A stretch of 63,914 nucleotides of DNA, filler included, from Platydemus manokwari (taxonomy: Eukaryota): the NCBI GenBank assembly GCA_037951405.1. It is 6 parts of 6 records of this genome, joined end to end, with 100 filler letters (N's around TTAATTAATTAA, not from the genome) between each part and the next. Parts side by side here need not be neighbours in the genome. Positions count along the whole stretch, not along the records: positions 1 to 11,679 come from JBBMOY010528885.1; positions 11,780 to 23,867 come from JBBMOY010307780.1; 4 more parts are not named here. One strand, written 5' to 3'. A model generated the notes under the pieces. It saw only the letters and a list, made by a program, of their open reading frames with translations. It did no database searches and was not told where the DNA came from. Each line of letters begins with the position of its first letter. The stretch's first letter is position 1. This document shows positions 1 to 13,427 of this stretch, piece after piece. A program made the translations under genes and the position numbers.

Positions 1-3000
1 AATAATTAATTCAGATTTATTTATTAAATTATTAAAATAATGAATTGAATAATTAAATAATTCGTAAATATTCATATAAATTATATTATAATTAATTAGT
101 AATTATTAATTAAATTTTTTAATTATTTTTCATAACTTAAAATCTCACATATATATCATTTTAATATTTATTTAAATAATTTAATAATCAATCCATAAAT
201 AATTACAAAAATATAAATAAATTAATATATAATAAAAATAAAACTTCCATCAACTTAATAAATAGAATAAGAAAGATAAATAAATTAAAGCCTAAAATTA
301 ATAAATCGAAAAGTGTCATAAATAACTTATAATTTTAATAATTCTTAATAATAAATAAATAATCGGTAAATAACAAGACCATAAATAAATTTATAAATAC
401 CAACAAACAAACTAGTAATTGCTTTGCCACCCTGTTGTTTACAACCTTGAGTAAATTTTATTGATATTATAATAAAGAATTATTTAATATTAATAGATCG
501 CTGTACTGAAAAAACAAACAAACAAAGAAGCAAAACCTTACCATTTGGGAATTTTGAAATAAAGATTTGAGAAAATAAATAATGAAAAGATTTAGATTGA
601 ATTAAAAATTTTGATCTTTCTTGAAACTGAAATTTTTAATTATCGAATTCGACAACGATAACTGGATAGATTATGTTTGATATCATTACCTTGATGCCAC
701 TCGTAATAGCTATCGATGTTTATGGGTTGAATTATTTATAATTATGTAACTAATAAATGACCCCATAACGACTGAAAGCGATAGTTCTACTGCGAACTTT
801 CAAGTGGAAAATGAGTACAATTTTATATCCCATAGCAACTCCAGTTATTTACAATTAAGTAACGTAAATTCTTTGAGCTAATTTCAATCACCATTCTTCT
901 GAAAGATGCATTTTCCAAATGGAAAATACTTTGTATCCACATACAGATGAATTAATAATACTCTTATGAATAAAACTGACTTTATATGAACATTTATTTA
1001 TTAACTGATGATTAAAAGAGTTCTGTACTACCAGTTATTTTAATTTGGATCTTATTCTGTGATATCACACGAAAAGAGAACCAAATCCCAATCAGGTTTA
1101 TTCATAATAAGAATTTTTTTAAAACCTTTTTGAGGTTTCAAAATAAAACTGCACCAAAATTGACAATAGTTAAAGATGTTTTCATTATGAACTACTTTTC
1201 TTTATTGGATCGATTTACAAATATCGATTTATTGTCTTAAATAAATTATAAGTCTGCTAAATGGGCTATATCATTAATGAAGTTAATCAAACTGTCTAGT
1301 AAATCCTTTAGTAACCTACTCAGCAATTGAAATGCGTTATTAACTTTGTTCAAATTGAAGCCTTAATAACATAATTTGGGCCCCTTTATTTCTAAAATTG
1401 TATATTTAATATTGGATAAGAATTATAAAAAAAACTTTTATTCTAAAAAGAAATTATTTGTATTCGAATACATTCAGCAGTGCTTAACAGAAATAATAGC
1501 AACAATAACCATGACAACAGAGACAATTACAACAATAAAATTTTTTAAAAAAACATCGACACTTTTAAATCATGAATAGTTGTCTCACACGTTTTTCTAA
1601 ACGAAATGTTATTCAAGCTAATAAATCCATTTCAAATCTCATCACACAAAACAATTGATGGTCAAATCTGAGAAATAACTGAAAACATTCGACATCTGTA
1701 GAAATTTTCATGGCTTCAAATATTCAATTTCTCCTGATAACGGGATAAGTAAAATAAATTCGTTTCTGTTCAACCCCTTGATGGGAAATTGCAAGCAGCA
1801 TAACTAATATTAAACAAGTTAATATGAATGATAATTACTGATATTCCCCATGAAATCGATATGTGGATTGTGACGAGAAAATGCTTTGAAATAGTAATGA
1901 TTTTGACTTAAATATCGCTATATTATACCCAAATCTCCATGACGATATTGGCACAAAACAATATCATTACTTATTAATATCTTATAATCTGTTACTATAA
2001 CAACGCAAATTAGACAACATTAATCATTATATGGGATGTTTTTATTGTATTTTTAGCTCTATGAAACATTTGGTTTTCCGTAATCGATATTGTGAACCAA
2101 ACGAAAGGTGAAACAAACATCTAATCTCTCATTAATAATTATACAATCTAGATGTCAAATTATTGATTTTAATATCTCACCTCTTTACTTCTATTATGTA
2201 AATATCACGCTTGATTGATTTTAGGGAATATTTTTTTCTGCTTCATAGTGTATTTGAAAATTAATTAATGAAGCGTGAATTTTTAAATCATTAATTTCCA
2301 AATTGTGACAAATCATTGTTTTTGATTTCGTTTTTTAATTTTAATCAAATCATTCATTCAAATATTTACAAATATATCAATTTGTTTCAATTGAGCTCAA
2401 TCATACCACTACCACTATTACTACTACCACTACTACTACTACTGTCAAATGAGATTTGTAAGTAGCATAATAATGAGTAATCAATTATTCAAATTAATGA
2501 TTTCCATTGGAATTGAAATAAATATTTTCGTCTGGAGAAAAGTGAAAATAAAATATTGATAAATGAGAATTGGACTGTCCAGTAAAAATAAAATCCATCA
2601 TTATAGAAAACAATTTGGAAAAATGAAACCAAATAAAGAATACTCGAATCAAATCATTAACAAGGTCAACACGATGGCATTGAAATGTTTCTTGTAAATA
2701 TTGAAGTTAATATAAGAAATAAAAATATATGTTGAGAATAAATGATGAAAAATAATATTTGTTTATCTCAAATAATTGTTGATGGGAAATAATTATTGAT
2801 AAAATTTGAGAAAACCAAACGCAATATTATTTATTTATTTTATTTCTTTCTCATTTCGTATTCATCGAGATATTGATGAAGTATTTTCTCCACGAGCACT
2901 GCAATGGAATGACTGTATGACTGTAAATAATTTAATTAATTTATCGGTGAACTTTATGACTCAATAATTATCTTATTTAAACAACAAATTAAAAAATTCA

Positions 3001-4162
3001 CATCATATAATATCGATTATTTAATAATATAATATTTGTGAAGCTGATAAGTAATTATTAGAAATAATTTTTGAAAAATTTTAAAATTATAAATAACCAG
3101 TTGATATTTAATAATGATTTGAAAAACATTATTGATTAAAAAAACAGAAATACTGAGATATTCAAGTATTTGACACCTTGAGCATTTAAACAAACAACCC
3201 AGTGTTGAAGAAACGTGGCTTCATCAACCGAATTGCCACCAAATGTATCTATTATGTTACCATAGCCAGTTTCCTCTAGTAGAAGCTTTTCCTACTGAAA
3301 ATAAGTACAACAGTGGTTGAAGTATCGAAAATTTGTGTTGATTTCAATGAAGACAGTGGCAATAACAATTAGCTTTAGATCGAGATGATAAATACCCTCA
3401 ATACCACAAGGATGATTATATCAAACCGATAATCCTAGGGACGACATTTACCGATCATTGATAATTTTGAAATAGAAGATGTTATAATACTTATGATTTT
3501 GAAATCTTATTTGTCAAAATTATCGTAAAATCTAATCTTTATTGATTAAATAGTTATTATAAACAATTCTAAATTATAATTTTGTGATTTTATAGAAATC
3601 GAACATTATATTAGAATATCTACAGCGAGCAATAATAATATTAATATAATAATATTCATTATAATAATATATTATATATATATGTGTGTGTGTTTGTGTT
3701 TTAGTAATAATATTAATATTAACTTTGATATTAACATAAAATATGAAAAGGATTTTGCTCATCACAACATTTGTTAAGAATATCATTATGTTTTCTTTTA
3801 TCATTGATATCATTATTTTAATAAATTAATTATTCGAATCGAGTTATTTAATAAGACGTCTTTCATTCTGTATCGAGCAAATCTCATATTAAATTGTCAC
3901 TGGTTCAAGTAATTCTGTAATAATTATTTATTTGTTTCGATTGTATTTCTGCGATTTTTAAAGTTGCGTTAAAAGTAGTAAATATCTATTGATATCATCT
4001 CAATAACATGATCAATTGAAAACTCATTCTAAAAATAGTCAATTCCCTGTGAAACCCTAAAGTAGGGAATTGTTAAATCAATTTTTTAAAAAATTATTTT
4101 TCAAATATAAATTGCTTGGAATATCGAGCATTATTCTAAGCATGAATTTTGTCGTTCAAATT

Positions 4163-5652
4163 ATTCATTGATATAAAGCTAATTGAATGCCAACTATTAT
4201 CTATGAATTCATAAATATCAAAATTTACTTTAAATTTGTTCATTGCCATTGATGCTTTAAAACAAACTCATTTTATAAAATATTTATTCAATACTAATCA
4301 TATTAAAATATGAAATATATTCTAGATTATTAAAACAAGCTTTAAAACATAATACAATGTTCTAAATGATTTATAATTCTAGTATCTCTGAGCTAGATGA
4401 GTTTATATAGGAACAACGTTATTGAATTCATCAAATAAGAAACTCATATATTAGTCAATGAAATCAAAACCACATTAATAGATTTTAGAGATTCTGAAAT
4501 CTCAATTGTTGCGACTAAGCGTCTGGTTGACAGATTATTTTAATGCCATCTAACTACTTAATGTCCACTATCGAGTGTAGACAATTTAACTGAGCTTAAT
4601 ATGCTAATTATTTTAAATGCTCATTTCAAAGATCTAAAGCTTTTCATAGCACAAACTAACATGTTTCAACATGCTCTTGGATTAAGCTGCGATAGAATTA
4701 TTAATATTCTATATTGAAAGAAATATGTTGTTATTTTCAATATTTTTCTATTTTTGAATTGATCTTCATTTAACTGAGTTTTGATCCCATATGATTGAAT
4801 TTATCTGTTAGAACCTATTCCTTGAGAAAAGTAATCCAGAAATAATCCACAGATTAATATTCAAATATGAAATACATGCGATGATGTCAAGTCTGACCTT
4901 GAAAGGTTGTTATTTGAGGAAGTGATGAAATTGATGATTATAAAAGTTTATTATTATTATTATTTGATGCGTGAATATCTTACAACGATAAAGGTTTTCC
5001 AACACCATATGTGTTACTTAAATTATACTACTCACTGATCATTTCAATCAAATTATTACTATTATTTTTGTCTCGAAAATGATTTATTTTGTTTCTATTT
5101 ATCGATTACTTAAATAATATAGTTTCTCATTCCTTTTCCGAATATCTCAATGAATTATCACTTAGATATGCCCAGTTACGCATCTTCGACGACCTGTGAG
5201 TCAAGACATCGACGTTTCCCGTGCTGATTCTGGTCGAGGGGCAAGCGAGGAGGAAAAAGTAAATTGATATTAATATTGATTTGCAATATTTATCGAAGTT
5301 TTGTTTTTTCTTTTTTTCCCACAGATCGTGAATCGGTGAGAGCTCGAGGTAAAATGTATCCGACAATGTCACCAATATCATCGGTATGGGTCTGTCAAGA
5401 TTCAACGAACATTCATTGATATAAATTTAATTGGCTGCCAACTATTATATTTGAATTAATAATTATCAAACTTCATTTTAAATTTGCTTATTGTCATTAA
5501 TGCATTAAAACAAACACGTTTTAAAAAATATATGTATTCAATACTAATCATATTATAAAATATGAAAGATATTCTAGATTATTAAAACAAGCCTTACAAC
5601 GTGATATAATGTTCTAAAATATTTATAATTTTGGAATCTCTGAATTAGAGGA
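4163..5652 (+). repeat. Diverged ~240-bp direct repeat (copies at ~4163-4400 and ~5411-5652), probably decayed mobile-element coding DNA
   Basis: Both copies begin ATTCATTGATATAAA and share TGCCAACTATTAT, ATTCAATACTAATCATATTA and ATATTCTAGATTATTAAAACAAGC in collinear order. All frames are broken by stops. Confidence 0.7.
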
Positions 5653-8600
5653 AATTTTAAATAAATAAATAATAATATAATATCGAATATTAAAAATATT
5701 CTAAGTAAAAAAATTAAAAAGGATCAATTTCCGAAATTGACATGAATAGAATGAGAAATTAAAATGGTAGAAAAATGTTCGATATTTATATGTATATTAA
5801 AACAAAACAGAACTGCAAAATAATAAAAACAATTAATAAAATATAAAAAATTAAGATAAAATTTTAACGAGATATAATAATAATTCCTCATAGGTTTTGT
5901 TTACATTGTAACAATTTCGAAAATATTTAGCAAAATTTAGGAAAAATTATCCATTCTGTAATTTATCAAGTAAACAATATTATGTTTGCTTTCCAAGAGG
6001 ATATCAACCGTTTTGTTAACATTGAATCAATCTATTAACTATTTCATTGACAAAACAGAGCAATAAAATTTGGATACTTTGATTTGGAGTTTACTTTGGC
6101 TTAGTTATTTTATGATGTATGGATCAGAATTTGTACTGAACAAACATGCCTCACAATACAAACCAAAATTGTGTTCTCAACGCAAAGGGAGACTTTTTCA
6201 CAACATTTCTCACTGATAAGTAAAATGAGAGTAAATTTATTTTTCATTTTTATTTGGTAACTTCATACCAATTGTATTTTATTCATTGGGGTAGTCTAAC
6301 TATGACAACAAATGCATGATATATGAAAATAACGGATACATATACCACCTTGCAAATGACCATGTGATTTTATCGACTAATTAATTAAAGGAATTTATAA
6401 ATTAATATCTGATTTTTACAATTGCATGAAACATGTTTGGTATTTTCGAGATTGATCACAAATAACATCCACCCAAACTCGCTATATGTTCTAAAAATAA
6501 TCGTGGAAAAGTTGGCTAAAATTAATTAAAATTAATTAATAATAAAATTAATAATAAAATTAATATTATTATTAATAATAAAAATGATAGTAATATTAAT
6601 AATGAAATAAATAATAATATTGTTGGGTTTAACTACTGTGGAGCACAGCAATACTCGTTAACTTATTAACCCGACTCCAAAAGACTTCAATATATTGATC
6701 ACTAATTCATTATTTATATCACAATGTGCAAATTTATTCACGAGAGTTGAGCCCTTAAATAAGTTTTATCAAATGAATAAGAAAAAGCTAATCGAATCCT
6801 TTCGGAAATTTGCAAATAAAGGTCAAGGATCTACTCCTAACCTTAATATAACGTTGGGAAATACCATTACGATACTATTAATTTTTACTATTACTATTGA
6901 CCTATTATGTTAATGCCAATTATTCGATGATATTATCAAATACTTTTACAAGTACACTCTAAAATATATCATATATTAATTTTTGTAACTTTCTTTATTA
7001 GGCTTCTATTGATTGTCTTCAGATATTCCTTATCAATAATTTTTCTTTACTGGTTGTCACAATTTCTGTTAAAGACTTGTTTTGCCTCTGTTTGTTCTTG
7101 TTTTGTTTCTGCAATTTTTCAGATCAGCTAGCTTTTTCCTTTTTCTTTTTATTCATAACAGCAATCATGGTATCTTGTCTGATCACAAAATTCTACTATT
7201 GGAAATCTCAATTTGGATTGCCTCCTTATTTATACCGGTTTACTTGCAACACTGTGCTGTAAACCAATCAATTTTATTTTTGACCGTTAAATTAACACCA
7301 ATTTTACTAAATTGGTATTTTTCTGTCTCTCAATTGATCAAAATAATATGTAGCGCATTAGAATTAATAAAACAATTAAAAATATAATTAATAATTAAAT
7401 TATTAATAATATAATTGATAATCAAACTAACAATCAGATTTTTTATACAGAAAACAATACTGCGTTTCAATGCATTTATCGATTTACACGTGATTTGATT
7501 ACTGCCCCTCCTTAAAAATAACGTCAAATAATTTACTCATAACCATTAAGATTAAAACACAACCCAACTCGGTTAATATCACTTCATTTGTTCCAAAAAA
7601 TATTACGATGCTCACCGAGTTCAATAAAAATTAATTAAAACCTAAATACATTGCATGAGTCATCTTAGATTAACGTGTAACTAGGAGTGGTTTTTGTTGA
7701 CAATACTTTATTTAACAGGAACTGTCAATCTGAATTGAGATGTCAAATTTATAAATCCGTCCAGTCACATCTGACTATATTTATCAACGTAATATTAAAT
7801 TAAATAAATTACAAGGCATCTACAACAGCTGTGAAATAGATTTACGATTAAGGTGTTATTTCACGATTTTACATATTAAGTCAAACAATACCTTTATTCT
7901 TTTGAAATAATTTAATCATTTCATAATCCAGATTTTAAATCAAATTTTCGTTAAAATAGTAACAGTTCCGCTAAAACAGCAAAAATATCGATTAAAATAT
8001 TTAGTTTACAGAACTTTTATTTATCATAAATATTTAAAAAAAATTAGACTTTCTTTTAATATTGCTGATAATGGATCAATAGTTTCGTTACAATATTTTA
8101 TGTAAATAAAATTTTGAAATATTTTATTATAAAAATTTATTTATTATAAATAAATTATATATATAATCCAAGTTCAGTTATATGGGCAATCATTGAATTA
8201 ATTATTGGAATTTTTCCTTTGATAACGAAAGCGGTTTGTAATGATTTGTATTAATTTAATAAATTTTTCACTACAGCAATTCCCCTGACAATAGTCAACG
8301 AAAGAGAATATCAAAATCAATGCCTGATAAGCCCGAAGAAAGTCGTACATAATATATTCAGCGCGATTATTTAAATTCGAAATTGTCCTCTTCAATTTAT
8401 CGACAGCAAGTAGAATTGAAAGACAAATTTATGCGGGATCATCTCTATGAAGTATTGAGCGAGAGAGAGAGAGATAGATAGGGAGAAAAATGTTATATCG
8501 ACATTTATCATTTCTTATTTATTCCCGAGGAGGAGAAGATATAAGAATATAGTCGTACAAACTTTAATTATGGGTCAATTTTTAGAGATTTTTTTTTGAA

Positions 8601-11600
8601 AATAGATTTCTTCTCGGATCTTGTTTCTAATATTAAATATTTTTTCAAAAAAAATTTTCAATTCTTGTCACGACATGAATAATTATAAATATTCTGTCAA
8701 AATAAACTACTTCATCAAAATCGTCTATCAGATAAAATATCTATCTCTGTCTGCTCTATTTCATCTTAGTCTCAAGGGAATCTCCTACTGCATCTTTCTC
8801 TACTTAATTACATCTTGTTCTTTGAAGGATGTTCTTTCAATTATCGTATCAATTTAGGTGCATCCACATCAAACACCTTTCCATTTATACGTTTCTATGG
8901 TTATTATTTTTTAAATATAAGATTAAACCACATGGTAAATAATTGACCATGCGAGAGATAGATCGGTTAAAGAATGAGGAAGTCTTCAAGTACGATTGCA
9001 TTTTATTTTAATTCATTCGGAAGAAATAGTGCTTGATTGATTTGACCATTAGAATGGTAAAGCTAAAGTTTTCTTTCCCACGATTTTATAAGAAACTAAT
9101 ACTGGGTTCAGGTTCTTTAAATAATTAATTATTCATCCAATTCGTGTGTTATTTGATGTTATTTTCATTCGAATCATTTATATCACGTGATAAGAAATAT
9201 ATTGTCGACGAATTTTTCTTATTAAGCAATTTAGTTTTTCATAATTTTTAATTACAATGTTCAATATCTACGCTGCCCATCATGAGATCTCAATGCACAC
9301 TTTGATCGATCATGACATTTTCATGAATCGAAAAAAATTTAAACTAATAGAAAATTATTTCCCGCCATTGAGGATTAGTTTATTCTTGAAAACCCAGTTG
9401 AAAACAAAGAAAATGTTTAGCGCCAAAAAACATTTAATTACATTTTAAACAGAATTATTTGCTCGAATCTGAAATATAGCAGCACATCTCCTATATATTT
9501 AATAGATGGGCATGGGTAAGTCTAGTAAATTATATTCCAGCCGTCACTTTTAGAGTTTCTTCAGAAATATTAAACGAGATAAATTACCTTAGAATCTGTA
9601 GAAAATTAAAAATTAACTTTTGTACTGATATTAAGCAAGGCGACAGAGGATCTTTATTTTATAAATATTGAAAATGCCATTCTTCTAGCTATCTCTTCTC
9701 AATAAAATACCTAGTTGCAAATGATATAATCTTTATAATGTGCAATGACTGAAAGAAAATGTAAACTTGATGATAAACATAATTATCATTATTATTATTA
9801 TTATCTAATTTAAATACATTAGCATTTTAAAAAATTTAATTGGGTATTCTTTTTTTGTTAAATTCAACCGAATCTTGTTCTACAAATTAAATACCATAAA
9901 TTATCAAATATCATTCAATGACATTTTCTCTTTTTATAAACTGTCGTGGTAAATAATTTTTTTAATGGAGATTGTTGATAATAATTATAAAATATATATT
10001 TATATTATAATGCAGAAGACAGGAATTAAAAATAAATCTAAGGCTATTATAATCAAGATCGAAATTGTTATAAGGTTGTTTTGTGTTACTTAGACGAAAG
10101 GCTTAATATATTTTAATATCATTTCAATTTTAGGTTAAGGTGTTTTATAAAAAAAATATCAATATAGAAAGTTAGAGATTCTACATGAGTCAACAAATTC
10201 GAAATTCAAGAATTGGAAAATAAACATTTCAAAATTATATATGGTTTAATTTGAATTTGTTGTTTATTGTTAACATAATTTGGATGATGCCATTTTAGTT
10301 TTTGTTATACTTTAATATTTCTTAATCTTAACTTATATTTTATTAAAATTTGATAGAGAAAAATTGAAATAAAGTTTCCATGAACTATTTGTATTATGGT
10401 TTTATATCCTTTTAAAATAATTGAAATTAAAAAAATAGTTGATTTCGGTCCTTTAACCTACTTTCGTAATAACGAATTTTCGCGAAGGAGATAATTTTTA
10501 ACTAAATTTTATATACAATTGCTATGTGTGATTTAATCTTATTATTCAGTTAATATCTCACTTTGAGATGTCTAATATGGTCAAATATAATTTTAAAATC
10601 AACTTCCCATTTTAATCACAACATTTCTGTATATGATTATTTGATTTTTAAAATTATAAATCAAGTTACCTAACTACAGATATGTTTAATAATATCATTG
10701 CTTATTTTTATAAAATATTATTTTTTTAATTAAATATTATTAAAACAAATTGTAAATTTTGATGTAAAAGTGAATATTGTAAAAGCAAAAATTTAATTGT
10801 TTTATTCCCGAAACTTAAATCAAATTTTATTTGAACGTGGCAGATTAAAGATCTTTTCAAATACTCAAACGAACCAGCTTATTTTTAATAAGAAAATTTC
10901 TTTTATTTATTTAATCAATGGTGGAAATTTCTTTTCTGTAATAGCCGTTATCTTTACGTTTTCATTTATTATACGACATTATAATTTCTCGAATGAACCA
11001 ACATAAGATAATTTTAAATAACAATTTCTATTTGATAAAAATTTTTTAATGGTTTTTATCGTGGTTTTTTACCCACTAATTAGATGAAAGATTTTCGAAT
11101 CATTTCTAATTTATAATAACGATTTCTTAATATTAGAAGATTGAGAAATGCTGTAAAGTATTTACATAACATAATCTAGCGTCATATGGCATACTTTACA
11201 TTGTCAAGCAAGTCTAAAGCACCATCTTGCAGACAGTAATTAATTCTCTTTAGGCCTCCACGGAAAACGAAGACAAAGAATTTAAAATTACATGAGAATG
11301 GATGTTTTGATTACAAAACAATATTTCTAAAATTAATTAAATTAATTAACACGCGAATAGAAAGACTTTTATTCTTGATCAATAATAAAACCTATTCCTA
11401 AATAAGATCACCTTAATCAATAAAGGCAATATAATAATCAATGATCACATAACAATAAACAATATTAGTTAGTATTTTAGAATTATAGCTTTCAAATCTC
11501 AGTTAGTGGAATGTAACTTACATGAGCTAAATGGGATTACTTTAATTAATGTACCCCATTGATACCTTGCATTCAATTTTGTGAAAATAAGTGTTTACAT

Positions 11601-11623
11601 TTTACTGAAATTTTTAAAACTCA

Positions 11624-11626
<3 letters not shown>

Positions 11627-11679
<53 letters not shown>
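11627..11679. repeat. (TTA)n microsatellite running into an assembly gap
   Basis: Pure TTA run directly before the N block. Confidence 0.95.
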
Positions 11680-12017
11680 NNNNNNNNNNNNNNNNNNNNN
11701 NNNNNNNNNNNNNNNNNNNNNNNTTAATTAATTAANNNNNNNNNNNNNNNNNNNNNNNNNNNNNNNNNNNNNNNNNNNNGACAACATAGCTTTGCAGTTA
11801 TCGAAATTAAAATAGAAAGATAATATAATAACCGTAATCAAGTAACATAATTTATGGTATATTTGTTGATTTTTAATTATATTAATTTGTTATAAACATT
11901 TTTCATCATTTATCTATTGTCAAAAATTTGTTTTAATATACATTATATACAATATATAATTTTAAAATAAAAGTGTGGTTTTCTTTACTTTCATATTTGT
12001 TTTATTTTATATTTAGT

Positions 12018-12647
12018 ATGGGTTTTGATAATAAAGGCGGTAGAGGAGGTGGTCGTGGTGGTAATCGTGGAGCCACCCGTGGTGGCAACAGAGGTGGTAG
12101 AGGCGGTTATGGCAGAAGAATGGAAGATGAAGGCCCACCTGAATATGTTGAAGAATTAGCAGAATATTCTCATGTTTACGAAAATGATTTAGTTTGCAAA
12201 ATTACACACGAAAAGATTCCTTATTTTAATGCACCAATTTATCTTGAAAACAAAGAACCAATTGGTAAAGTTGATGAAGTTTTTGGTCAGTTGGCTGAAC
12301 CTTATTTTCACTTGAAGCTTTCTGATGCTTTTAAAGCCACTTCATTTAAAGAAAATTCTAAATTTTATATTGCCCCACACAAATTATTGACCAAAGACAG
12401 ACTAATTCCACAACCCAAAGGTGCTAGTCAAAGAGGAGCTTCCAGAGGTGGTCGGGGTAACGACAGAGGTCGTGGTGGAGCTAACAGAGGCTCTTTTAAT
12501 AGGGGCGGTGGAGGTCAACGTGGAGGTAGCAGAGGTGGAAGTTTCAACCGAGGAGGTGCTTCCAGAGGTCGTGGAGGTTTTGACAATGATAGAAAACGAT
12601 CTTTCGGTGGTGATAATAATGCTGCTAAGCGTGTTAAATTTGATTAA
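12018..12647 (+). CDS. GAR1: H/ACA snoRNP subunit GAR1
   Basis: RGG-rich N- and C-termini flank the Gar1 core EGPPEYVEEL...KIPYFNAPIYLENKEPIGKVDEVFG...FYIAPHKLL. The true ATG is at 12018. It is preceded by a T-rich tract and AG (12015-12016), which is either the end of a 44-nt 5'UTR intron (11973-12016) or a trans-splice acceptor. Confidence 0.96.
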   Translation: MGFDNKGGRGGGRGGNRGATRGGNRGGRGGYGRRMEDEGPPEYVEELAEYSHVYENDLVCKITHEKIPYFNAPIYLENKEPIGKVDEVFGQLAEPYFHLKLSDAFKATSFKENSKFYIAPHKLLTKDRLIPQPKGASQRGASRGGRGNDRGRGGANRGSFNRGGGGQRGGSRGGSFNRGGASRGRGGFDNDRKRSFGGDNNAAKRVKFD

Positions 12648-13213
12648 ATTTCAAATATAATTATGTATATAAATTATTTTGTCAAGTACTTTTGCAATTT
12701 TTGTTAAAATTAGTTGATTGTTATTAAATGTATTGTATATTATTTGGTTGGTTTCTGTTTTATCTGGTAATTAATTTTTAGTTAGTGATAATAAGATGGA
12801 TAGATGTTTTTTATTTTACGTATGTCAACTAAATACTTCTCCGTCTACTCGATTATTATGATATCTTCATATTTGTCGATCTCTGGTGTTTCAAAATATT
12901 ATATCTAATAGTCCAGATTAATCCAATCATATAACTTGTTTTTCGCACATAAATATTTTTAATGCCCTTGAATTTCAAAATAAATGTTTTAAAATCGATC
13001 ATGCTATTTTTAATTCAAACGTGTTAATAAAAATATTTTTCTGAAATCTTTCGAATTTAGTTTGTCATCCGATTTGTTGTGAACGCGCATTTCACTCATT
13101 AAAATCATTTTATAATAATGGTTTCTTTCAAATTTTGTGTTAATATTTTCCATATTACTATGTTGGAAAGAATCAGGAATATTTTATCAGATTTATTATC
13201 ATAATAAATTATT

Positions 13214-13427
13214 TACTATAAAATCCCGGGTATTAGCTGCAGCTAATACGTACATAACGGCAACATTTTTCAATTGCAGCTAATATGATGTGCAGCTTAT
13301 ACAACTAAAAAACAATTCAAATCGAAGATAAGATTATTTATTTCAATTTTCAACATCACACTCCTCAAAACCTCAATACATTTTTATAAAAATGTCATCT
13401 GCAGCTTATACTCGGGATTTTACAGTA
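13214..13427. mobile_element. Tc1/mariner-pogo-type MITE, 214 bp
   Basis: Left end TACTATAAAATCCCGGGTATTAGCTGCAG versus reverse complement of the right end TACTGTAAAATCCCGAGTATAAGCTGCAG (26/29 identical). TA at both outer ends and no coding capacity. Confidence 0.8.

Noticed and set aside
560-2200. Coding-like texture suggesting a decayed mobile element
   Set aside because: No frame long enough, and no motif clear enough, to assign a family.
11680-11779. Palindromic TTAATTAATTAA embedded in N runs (also at 23868-23967, 33350-33449, 45011-45110, 54961-55060)
   Set aside because: Identical 100-bp N44-12mer-N44 blocks are scaffolding linkers with stops in all six frames, not biology.
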